Source of the DNA: a virus
Length of the DNA stretch: 64,000 bases
Virus record (IMG/VR): IMGVR_UViG_3300046311_000263
Span: 1 to 64,000 of that record
Reading direction: 5' to 3' (one strand)
Below are positions 1-6,116 of the stretch, in pieces. Position 1 is the first letter of the stretch. Each line of letters starts with the position of its first letter. Position numbers and translations under genes: made by a program. Below the pieces are notes generated by a model. That model was not told where the DNA came from. It saw only the letters and a list, made by a program, of their open reading frames with translations, and made no database searches.

Positions 1-17
1 TGCTACAGTTCGCTAAA

Positions 18-134
18 ATGTGGAAGCCCAGCGATACTGATGTAGCTAATAGACTAACAATAAAAGTAGCTGCTTTAGAAAAAGAAGTATCAGATTATAG
101 ATGGCAAGAGAGTCCTGGACAAGGTGCCTATTAA
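18..134 (+). CDS. small hypothetical protein (38 aa, MWKPSDTDVANRL...)
   Basis: Hand-translated ATG..TAA ORF below the ORF-track cutoff. Confidence 0.4.
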   Translation: MWKPSDTDVANRLTIKVAALEKEVSDYRWQESPGQGAY

Positions 135-155
135 TCGAGCGTAAAAAATTCTCAC

Positions 156-184
156 TTGATTGCGCAGTTATATTAGTCTATAAT
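156..184 (+). promoter_or_regulatory. sigma70-type early promoter
   Basis: TTGATT-17bp-TATAAT with upstream A-tract, as in T5 promoters. Confidence 0.8.
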
Positions 185-207
185 AATTCTTTGATCGGGA
201 TAGTTCA

Positions 208-489
208 ATGAATACATATGTAGTTGCTTTTTTGTCGTTTCACACTAACGAGATCCTAATGCAAGAAGTACTTGCAGAATCTAAGCTAGAAGCCGCGCTC
301 AAGTATCTTAATGATTCCACTCAGTGGGACGAAGTTGTAGCAGACTCATTCGAAGATCTACACGAACAGCTTGCCAACGCCGATGCCGTACTAGAAGTGC
401 TTCAGATCAATAACTCGCGGGCCGGGCGGTCAGGTTCTGGATTGCAAATCCAGCTAGCGGAGTTCAACTCTCCGGCGAGTCTCCATTAA
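208..489 (+). CDS. hypothetical protein; 3' end runs through tRNA-Cys
   Basis: 93-aa ORF directly after a promoter. Confidence 0.65.
   Translation: MNTYVVAFLSFHTNEILMQEVLAESKLEAALKYLNDSTQWDEVVADSFEDLHEQLANADAVLEVLQINNSRAGRSGSGLQIQLAEFNSPASLH
412..485 (+). tRNA. tRNA-Cys(GCA)
   Basis: Anticodon arm CTGGA-TTGCAAA-TCCAG, T arm CGGAG-TTCAACT-CTCCG, U73 discriminator, encoded CCA; 1:72 mismatch. Confidence 0.85.
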
Positions 490-587
490 TGCAAGTTATC
501 TCATACAAGCCAGAAGAGCCTAAAGTATTTATTGTGTGGTACTTTGACCAGTATGGGTTTCTTTACGTTAAAACATTGCGTGTGTAG
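489..587 (+). CDS. small hypothetical protein (32 aa, MQVISYKPEEPKVF...)
   Basis: TAATG coupling to upstream ORF; stop lies inside the 5' end of tRNA-Gly. Confidence 0.35.
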   Translation: MQVISYKPEEPKVFIVWYFDQYGFLYVKTLRV

Positions 588-651
588 TTCAATGGTAGAA
601 TAGGACGTTGCCAACGTCTAGACGAGAGTTCGATCCTCTCCACCCGCACCA
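578..651 (+). tRNA. tRNA-Gly(GCC)
   Basis: Cloverleaf, anticodon arm GGACG-TTGCCAA-CGTCT, GTTCGA T loop, ACCA end. Confidence 0.92.
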
Positions 652-663
652 GCTAAGTATATA

Positions 664-1014
664 ATGACATTTGTAAAAGTTGAACAAAATTTTCTAGGAA
701 ATGTTTATGACATTTACGATATTAGTTTATTGCGAGAAACTAAGTCACTAGAAGCGATAGGACTTAAACTAACCGAAGAAGTTGGTGAAGTAGCAGAGCA
801 AATTAATGTAATTTGCGGAAATATTAACAAAGACCTAAAAGAGCCAATCGAAGGTGAAATTGCAGATCTATTAAATTGTGCTCTTTGTATTTTGTTCAAG
901 GCATACCCAGAACATAATGTATATGAGATTCTGGCAAAGCTTAATATGTCTATGGAAGCTAAAAATAAGAAGTGGGTTAGTAACCTAACTTCTACCAAAA
1001 TTACGAGTCTGTAG
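664..1014 (+). CDS. mazG: MazG-like nucleotide pyrophosphohydrolase
   Basis: KLTEEVGEVAE and GEIADLL acidic motifs of the all-alpha NTP-PPase fold. Confidence 0.8.
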   Translation: MTFVKVEQNFLGNVYDIYDISLLRETKSLEAIGLKLTEEVGEVAEQINVICGNINKDLKEPIEGEIADLLNCALCILFKAYPEHNVYEILAKLNMSMEAKNKKWVSNLTSTKITSL

Positions 1015-1095
1015 GAAGTACAACTACAGTCTGAGCTGAGGAAGTCGATCGACGGAGTGTTCAGCCCACAAATGATTAGATCGATTCGTAGTACA

Positions 1096-1166
1096 GAACA
1101 TAGTAGCTCAGTTGGATAGAGTGTCGCGACGGTGAAGGTCGGTGGTTCGAGCCCACTCTATGTTCG
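1096..1166 (+). ncRNA. tRNA-like RNA with truncated anticodon arm
   Basis: Acceptor GAACATAG/CTATGTTC, canonical D arm (TAGCTCAGTTGGATAGAG) and T arm (GGTGG-TTCGAGC-CCACT); anticodon arm reduced to TCGC-GACG-GTGA; no CCA. Confidence 0.7.
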
Positions 1167-1188
1167 TCTTACATTTAAAATTTCTTAC

Positions 1189-1217
1189 TTGAAAGTGCTG
1201 GTTTTTCAATATATAAT
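1189..1217 (+). promoter_or_regulatory. sigma70-type early promoter
   Basis: TTGAAA-17bp-TATAAT. Confidence 0.75.
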
Positions 1218-1244
1218 GTATTTATACATTGAAAAGGCAACAAT

Positions 1245-1529
1245 ATGCGCAAAATCTTTTTTACATACCATACCGGCTTTTGTGGCTCTGACGGCTACGA
1301 AATGGTCGAATTTGATGACGAGGTTACTAACGAAGAGCTAGATCAGTACGCTTACGAAGGTGCTATTTCTAACGCGGAAATGTATGGTATCTACGCTACA
1401 GAGTCTGCTACTGATAATCACGACGACGATGACGACGATGAAGAATATATCGGAGACGAGTATTCTGACAACATCGAAGGTTACTGGTGTGACTACGTTG
1501 CTGAAAAGCACAAAGGGTACATTACGTAA
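1245..1529 (+). CDS. highly acidic small hypothetical protein
   Basis: 94-aa ORF, AAGG RBS, own promoter, poly-Asp run. Confidence 0.8.
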   Translation: MRKIFFTYHTGFCGSDGYEMVEFDDEVTNEELDQYAYEGAISNAEMYGIYATESATDNHDDDDDDEEYIGDEYSDNIEGYWCDYVAEKHKGYIT

Positions 1530-1756
1530 GCAATTTTGATCTCAAGAGCGCAGTTAAGAACTCAGTAAAATTTGAAAGGTACCGTAAGGGTAACCTATGG
1601 TACCTAGCAAGGGACGATCAGTATAATATCCTGTCGTTTCCGGTTCCTATTGAAGATACGGGTGATGCTACCTTTGAAGACGTAGATAAAGGTATCTATT
1701 TTATGCGTTATATACGCAAGCATCTGGAAACAATTAACAACGGTTCCTTAGCATAG
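1526..1756 (+). CDS. phage hypothetical protein lacking a canonical start (possible GTA start or pseudogene)
   Basis: Open frame encoding VKFERYRKGNLWY...FPVPIEDTGDATFEDVDKGIYFMRYIRKHL; no ATG/GTG/TTG at its 5' end. Confidence 0.6.
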   Translation, partial: VSNFDLKSAVKNSVKFERYRKGNLWYLARDDQYNILSFPVPIEDTGDATFEDVDKGIYFMRYIRKHLETINNGSLA

Positions 1757-1818
1757 TCGGCCTAATGCAGCGGTTTCATACGCCGCGATCATGTGTTCAA
1801 ATCACATAGGAACTACCA
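1742..1818 (+). tRNA. tRNA-Met(CAT), elongator or Ile2 type
   Basis: Cloverleaf, loop TTCATAC, ACCA end; lacks initiator hallmarks. Confidence 0.88.
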
Positions 1819-1824
1819 AATAAT

Positions 1825-1899
1825 ACCTCTTTAGTTCAATGGACAGAATAGGGGTTTCCTAAACCTTTGGTGCATGTTCGATTCATGCAAGAGGTACCA
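1825..1899 (+). tRNA. tRNA-Arg(CCT)
   Basis: ACCTCTT/AAGAGGT acceptor, loop TTCCTAA, ACCA end. Confidence 0.9.
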
Positions 1900-2165
1900 T
1901 GTCAAAGCTATTCTCTACAGTAGGCACTCTGACCCTAGACTCAGAGCTAACTTTTGGTAAGTACGAAGGCTGCACTGTATATGACGCACTTAGTGCAGAT
2001 CCAACCTACATAGCCTGGTTATATGTAGAAGCAGGAAAATCCTTTAAAGAAGAAGTTAAAAAAGTTCTAGTTACCAGACTTCTAGAACTATGTAACGATA
2101 AGAAGCTCTCTAAAACTAAACACAAGAACTATGAACCTTGGAACCCTGATGATGTTCCCTATTAA
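1899..2165 (+). CDS. hypothetical protein with FGKY...YIAWL motif (DUF3820-like)
   Basis: LTFGKYEG..V.D....DP.YI.WL motif. Confidence 0.7.
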   Translation: MSKLFSTVGTLTLDSELTFGKYEGCTVYDALSADPTYIAWLYVEAGKSFKEEVKKVLVTRLLELCNDKKLSKTKHKNYEPWNPDDVPY

Positions 2166-2170
2166 ACAAA

Positions 2171-2425
2171 ATGAATAAACTACAAATGTCTACAAATATG
2201 CAATCCGCCCTAGATGCCGTTCGCGGCCGTCAGTTCATCGTAGGATCTATTGATCCTACAGGCACGTTTTCTATCAGTGCTCGTCCTACTACTCACCCTA
2301 ACAGGATTCTTGCCGACCGCGAGTCTGCGCGTCTAGCTGGTATGTATCCTGGTAAAGCCTTTATCGTGATGCAGCTGACCGGTGGTTCTATGGTTCCTGC
2401 AGCTCCTGCAATTCAGGCTCTGTAA
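2171..2425 (+). CDS. hypothetical protein
   Basis: 84-aa ORF with phage-like codon use. Confidence 0.7.
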   Translation: MNKLQMSTNMQSALDAVRGRQFIVGSIDPTGTFSISARPTTHPNRILADRESARLAGMYPGKAFIVMQLTGGSMVPAAPAIQAL

Positions 2426-2431
2426 AGTTTT

Positions 2432-2507
2432 GCCCCTGTAGCTGAGAGGTTCAAGCGCTGCTTTTACACGGCGGGGTATGTCAGTTCGAGTCTGACCGGG
2501 GGTACCA
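2432..2507 (+). tRNA. tRNA-Val(TAC)
   Basis: Cloverleaf, loop TTTACAC, T arm GTCAG-TTCGAGT-CTGAC, ACCA. Confidence 0.88.
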
Positions 2508-2510
2508 AAA

Positions 2511-2690
2511 TAAGCTGTAACCAGATGACAGTATCCGCTTTAGCGATAATTGTTACGTTCAGCCGTCGCGCATCCGCAGACGTTAAACTATGAGGAAGGC
2601 AAGCTGGAATAGACAGCCAGTCAACGTGAGACTTAAAATCCCAACAGATCATTGGGTCAACTCTTGGTAGTTATCAGACTAAACTACCAC
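2511..2690 (+). ncRNA. candidate structured ncRNA between tRNA-Val and tRNA-Phe
   Basis: Series of hairpins (about 2514-2563, 2564-2582, 2603-2617, 2665-2689); no credible + strand ORF. Confidence 0.5.
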
Positions 2691-2693
2691 AAT

Positions 2694-2769
2694 CCTGCTT
2701 TAGCTGATGTGGTCATAGCGGCGGTCTGAAGAGCCGTTGAACTTGGTTCGATTCCAAGAGGTAGGGCCA
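2694..2769 (+). tRNA. tRNA-Phe(GAA)
   Basis: CCTGCTT/AGGTAGG acceptor, loop CTGAAGA, GCCA. Confidence 0.9.
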
Positions 2770-2850
2770 TAATTTTAGTATACAGCGTAAGCGCTTACGT
2801 CTCTAATCAGGCTCAGCGACCTCCGACTGAGATTGTATACTAAAATTATG
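2768..2850. repeat. 17-bp perfect inverted repeat enclosing two hairpins
   Basis: CATAATTTTAGTATACA ... TGTATACTAAAATTATG. Confidence 0.8.
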
Positions 2851-2924
2851 GCGCATTCGTATAGAGGTCATTACTGCGGATTGTCTATCCGCTTACGGGA
2901 GTTCGATTCTCCCATGCGTCGCCA
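2850..2924 (+). tRNA. tRNA-Asp(GTC)
   Basis: GCGGA-TTGTCTA-TCCGC anticodon arm, GGGAG-TTCGATT-CTCCC T arm, GCCA. Confidence 0.9.
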
Positions 2925-2930
2925 AATAAT

Positions 2931-3004
2931 GAGAGTGCTTAGCTCATAAGTAGAGCAGACCGTAAGGTATCGCGAGCAGAATCAGAACCTGCACACTCTC
3001 GCCA
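2931..3004 (+). ncRNA. tRNA-like RNA with a GNRA tetraloop in place of the anticodon loop
   Basis: GAGAGTG/CACTCTC acceptor plus GCCA, D arm GCTC-ATAAGTA-GAGC, ACC-GTAA-GGT mini-arm, GCAG/CTGC T-like arm. Confidence 0.7.
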
Positions 3005-3011
3005 AAACAAT

Positions 3012-3086
3012 TGGTGCTTTAGTATATTCTGACAATATACACTCCGGGGTGTATATTGGGGCCCTGAAAAGGGTCGGTGCCAGCCA
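3012..3086 (+). ncRNA. tRNA-sized CCA-terminated structured RNA
   Basis: TGGTGCT/GGTGCCA acceptor-like stem (G:U rich) plus GCCA; hairpins AATATACACT-CCGG-GGTGTATATT and GGCCCT-GAAA-AGGGTC. Confidence 0.55.
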
Positions 3087-3092
3087 AACAAC

Positions 3093-3180
3093 GGAGTCTT
3101 AACGTGTATGGACCACGGTACGCTTGGAAAGCGTTACGCTTGGGCAACCGGGTGGGGTTCGATTCCTCAGATATCCGCCA
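3093..3180 (+). tRNA. tRNA-Ser(GGA)
   Basis: Loop TTGGAAA, long variable arm GCTTGG-GCAA-CCGGGT, G73, CCA; irregular acceptor stem. Confidence 0.82.
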
Positions 3181-3193
3181 AAATTAAACTACA

Positions 3194-3478
3194 ATGTCTA
3201 AACTACTTTACGAAATTCATATCACTTGCTATACTAGCCAAGCCAAGCAGGCGGCCTTCGCCGCAGCTGAACTACACTGGAAGACTAGCGAGATTATGCG
3301 TGATCCCGTTCTAGGTAATGATACATACTACTATTTAACTAAATATGCTGCTACTTTGGATCAGGCCATAGAGTTTCTAAGCGCTGCATGTCATACACTT
3401 CAATTCAAATATAATGTCATTATCGTACGAGAAAAGATTGAACATATCGTGTACGATATTAGACATAGACCAAAATGA
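3194..3478 (+). CDS. hypothetical protein
   Basis: 94-aa ORF with ATGA overlap to the next gene. Confidence 0.7.
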   Translation: MSKLLYEIHITCYTSQAKQAAFAAAELHWKTSEIMRDPVLGNDTYYYLTKYAATLDQAIEFLSAACHTLQFKYNVIIVREKIEHIVYDIRHRPK

Positions 3479-4017
3479 GCAAAAATATTTTTCTAATTGC
3501 AGACTACCATTTTGGGCACGAAAGCCCCTATGTTAAGTTTAAACGGGCCGACGGTTCTCCGTTAAGGCCCTTTTCGTGTTCTTTGGAAGCTGACGAACAC
3601 ATGGTTCAGGAACACAACAAGCTGGTAAAAGCAGGTGACCGCGTCTACGTATTAGGAGACGTAACTTTTCATAAAAAGCACCTCCACTGGCTTGAAAAGA
3701 TGAATGGCAATAAAGTCCTAATTAAAGGTAACCATGACCTCGAAGACCTATCAGTTTATCAACGATATTTTGATGATGTTAGGGGTGTTCATCAGTTTGA
3801 TGGTTTGCTTCTTACCCATATTCCTGTGCATCCTGCTAGCCTGGCTCGCTGGGGCTTCAATGTACATGGGCATCTTCATGCTAATCGTGTAATGAGAATG
3901 CACGGTAGTACTAATACCGATGCCACCGACGATAGGTACTTTTGCGTATCCGTTGAGCAAACAAATTACAAACCAATGTCACTTGAAGAGGTTAAAAAAT
4001 GGAAGCCAAAGCAGTAG
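3475..4017 (+). CDS. calcineurin-like metallophosphoesterase
   Basis: DYHFGH, LGD, GNHD, HIP and HGHLH motifs. Confidence 0.9.
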   Translation: MSKNIFLIADYHFGHESPYVKFKRADGSPLRPFSCSLEADEHMVQEHNKLVKAGDRVYVLGDVTFHKKHLHWLEKMNGNKVLIKGNHDLEDLSVYQRYFDDVRGVHQFDGLLLTHIPVHPASLARWGFNVHGHLHANRVMRMHGSTNTDATDDRYFCVSVEQTNYKPMSLEEVKKWKPKQ

Positions 4018-4163
4018 ATTTTACTGACAAGTCCTTACTGAATATTCGTAAGGATATCCTAACTGAAGAAATTAAAGAAGTTGAATATACCCTTGCCAGC
4101 ATGTATAAAGAATGGCATGAACTACTTAAGCAGTTAAAAACCTATGAGACTTGCGCTACTTAA
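3999..4163 (+). CDS. small coiled-coil hypothetical protein (54 aa, MEAKAVDFTDK...)
   Basis: Hand-translated; GAGG RBS; fills the operon gap. Confidence 0.55.
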   Translation: MEAKAVDFTDKSLLNIRKDILTEEIKEVEYTLASMYKEWHELLKQLKTYETCAT

Positions 4164-4296
4164 TAACGAAAACAATACACTCTCAATCTATGAGGGAAAT
4201 ACTTTGGTTGCAATGTTCGAGGCGCCAAACGACTACAAATACACGCCTGAAGAGATAGAGCAGGCCCGACTAGAAGAATATAAGGAATTAGCTTGA
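4144..4296 (+). CDS. small hypothetical protein (50 aa, MRLALLNNENN...)
   Basis: Hand-translated; stop overlaps the thyX TTG start (TTGA). Confidence 0.55.
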   Translation: MRLALLNNENNTLSIYEGNTLVAMFEAPNDYKYTPEEIEQARLEEYKELA

Positions 4297-4961
4297 CAGT
4301 ATCAACAAAACTAGTAGCTCTAACGGTACCTCTAGTGGAAGGCATAGAGACACCAGATGAATTCATTGCTTATGCTGCTAGAGTATCGAACCCTGCTAAT
4401 CAGCATAATACTTTGACTGCTCCAGGCCTTATTGCTTATCTTATTAACAACAAGCACTGGTCGCCATTAGAAATGGTTAGTGCCACCCTAGAGGTTACTA
4501 CGACTAGAGATATTGCTCGACAAATGCTAAGGCATCGCAGTTTCTCTTTCCAGGAATTTAGCCAAAGGTACGCAGAAGCTACGCAACTAGGACATACTTT
4601 CAGAGAAGCTAGACTTCAAGATGATAAAAATCGTCAGAATTCTATTGAAACTGACGATAAAGAATTAGAAGCCTGGTGGCAAGCCCGTCAACTACAAGTG
4701 TGGACGCTAGCTACAGAAGTTTACAGTGAAGCCCTAGCTAAGGGTATTGCTAAAGAGCAGGCACGTGCTCCTCTACCAGAAGGTATTACTAATTCTAAGT
4801 TATACATGGCTGGCACTATTCGTTCTTGGTATCACTACTGTGACTTACGAAAAGGCAACGGTACTCAGCGTGAACATGCCGCTATTGCATTAAGCGCTAT
4901 TTCTGCTCTTGCCCCCAAGTTCCCCTCAATTTTCAACAACCCTAAAATTAAATTAGTATAA
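4293..4961 (+). CDS. thyX: flavin-dependent thymidylate synthase
   Basis: RHRSFSFQEFSQRY signature, HWSPLE, TAAGGA RBS. Confidence 0.95.
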   Translation: MTVSTKLVALTVPLVEGIETPDEFIAYAARVSNPANQHNTLTAPGLIAYLINNKHWSPLEMVSATLEVTTTRDIARQMLRHRSFSFQEFSQRYAEATQLGHTFREARLQDDKNRQNSIETDDKELEAWWQARQLQVWTLATEVYSEALAKGIAKEQARAPLPEGITNSKLYMAGTIRSWYHYCDLRKGNGTQREHAAIALSAISALAPKFPSIFNNPKIKLV

Positions 4962-5359
4962 TGTCTAATAAATCGCCTAAGGGCAGCGGTCGTAAGGCAG
5001 GTCTTACTCGTTACAAAACCTCCAATTCTTACGAGACCAATCGTAAGCGTAAGCTGGCTCGTGCGCTGAAGCGCAACCCGGAAAATAAGCAAATTGAGCT
5101 GGCACTACAAGATAAGGGAATTCCTAGGAAGACTCCTAAAGTGCCGGTTTGGAGCCATTCATCTATTAGAATTGCACAACTAATGAAGCAATTCATGGGC
5201 AAGTACAATAAGAATATTCTTAGTTCCGATATTGACGCATGGCTTGTGGCTATTAAGGATCATAAGGACCAGTTTCTGCCTAAGAAAGTTATTGAAGCTA
5301 AAAAGCAAGGCAGCTTGTTTTCCATTGGTCAGCGTGTTCGTATTGTGCTACCTAGCTAA
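4961..5359 (+). CDS. basic hypothetical protein
   Basis: 132-aa K/R-rich ORF, TAATG coupling. Confidence 0.75.
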   Translation: MSNKSPKGSGRKAGLTRYKTSNSYETNRKRKLARALKRNPENKQIELALQDKGIPRKTPKVPVWSHSSIRIAQLMKQFMGKYNKNILSSDIDAWLVAIKDHKDQFLPKKVIEAKKQGSLFSIGQRVRIVLPS

Positions 5360-5616
5360 TGTTAGTAGCTTATCTAATGTTTTGTCTAACTACTGCAATA
5401 GTAGCTCATATATACTTATTTAGTCACATACTCTCCGTTGTTGAAGACGTAGACGGTAAAAAAAATAATCTCATAGAGTATAAGGGTATTACAGTTACAG
5501 TTATATTTTTACTAAGCCTTGTTCTGGCTCCCGTACTGGTAGGGATATTAGTATCTGACTATAACAGTGACGTCTTTATTGATGCTACTATTGAAGCATT
5601 TTTAAATAAGGATTAA
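5359..5616 (+). CDS. putative two-TM membrane protein
   Basis: Two hydrophobic segments; TAATG coupling. Confidence 0.7.
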   Translation: MLVAYLMFCLTTAIVAHIYLFSHILSVVEDVDGKKNNLIEYKGITVTVIFLLSLVLAPVLVGILVSDYNSDVFIDATIEAFLNKD

Positions 5617-5626
5617 AAAATATATA

Positions 5627-5655
5627 TTGACACGCAGTGGTCAATAGTCTATAAT
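5627..5655 (+). promoter_or_regulatory. consensus sigma70 early promoter
   Basis: TTGACA-17bp-TATAAT with A-tract UP element. Confidence 0.9.
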
Positions 5656-5681
5656 ATATACTTAAATCGGAAAAACTTTAA

Positions 5682-5951
5682 ATGAAAACTTTCACGTTTA
5701 CGTATACTAAAGACAACGGCGATACCTCTGAGCGCACTTTGCTAGCACTAGTTACTCCTGGTGGTACTATGTACGCTGGTATTGACCTAAGTTCTATGCC
5801 TCCGGAAAAGGCTCAGAACTTTGCAGCAGACGCAGCTAATCTGTATGATGAATACTTGGCAGATCTAAAGGCTCTTCAAGTAGAGTACGACATTAAGCAT
5901 AACTATCGTCAGTTTAAAGCCGAAAATATTTCAGATCTGACAGAAATCTAA
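5682..5951 (+). CDS. hypothetical protein
   Basis: 89-aa ORF after a promoter. Confidence 0.75.
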   Translation: MKTFTFTYTKDNGDTSERTLLALVTPGGTMYAGIDLSSMPPEKAQNFAADAANLYDEYLADLKALQVEYDIKHNYRQFKAENISDLTEI

Positions 5952-5957
5952 ATCAGC

Positions 5958-6032
5958 GACTTGCAGGTGTTACGGCAGCATACCGGCCTCCAAAGCCGTG
6001 TGGTCGGAGTTCGAATCTCTGGCTCGTCGCCA
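5958..6032 (+). tRNA. tRNA-Trp(CCA)
   Basis: Loop CTCCAAA, T arm CGGAG-TTCGAAT-CTCTG, GCCA; two acceptor mismatches. Confidence 0.8.
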
Positions 6033-6039
6033 ATAATTA

Positions 6040-6113
6040 GCTCTTATAGTACATTGGTAGTACAGTTGCCTTGTAAGCATCAGAAGTTAGTTCGATTCTA
6101 ACTTGGAGCACCA
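6040..6113 (+). tRNA. tRNA-Thr(TGT)
   Basis: Loop CTTGTAA, GTTAG-TTCGATT-CTAAC T arm, ACCA. Confidence 0.9.
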
Positions 6114-6116
6114 TAT

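Noticed and set aside
660-665. TATAAT upstream of mazG
   Set aside because: No -35 at the proper spacing, and it overlaps the start codon.
1036-1060. CTGAGGA as a hammerhead CUGANGA core
   Set aside because: No downstream GAAA or stem II/III arrangement.
1132-1341. 69-aa ORF
   Set aside because: Starts inside the tRNA-like RNA and crosses a promoter; the 1245 ORF has the RBS.
2627-2643. TGAGACTTAAAATCCCA resembling a tRNA-Leu(TAA) anticodon arm
   Set aside because: No flanking D arm, T arm or acceptor stem could be built.
3108-3314. 68-aa ORF (also 2464-2652 on the minus strand)
   Set aside because: Overlaps tRNA genes and a better ORF; no coding signal.
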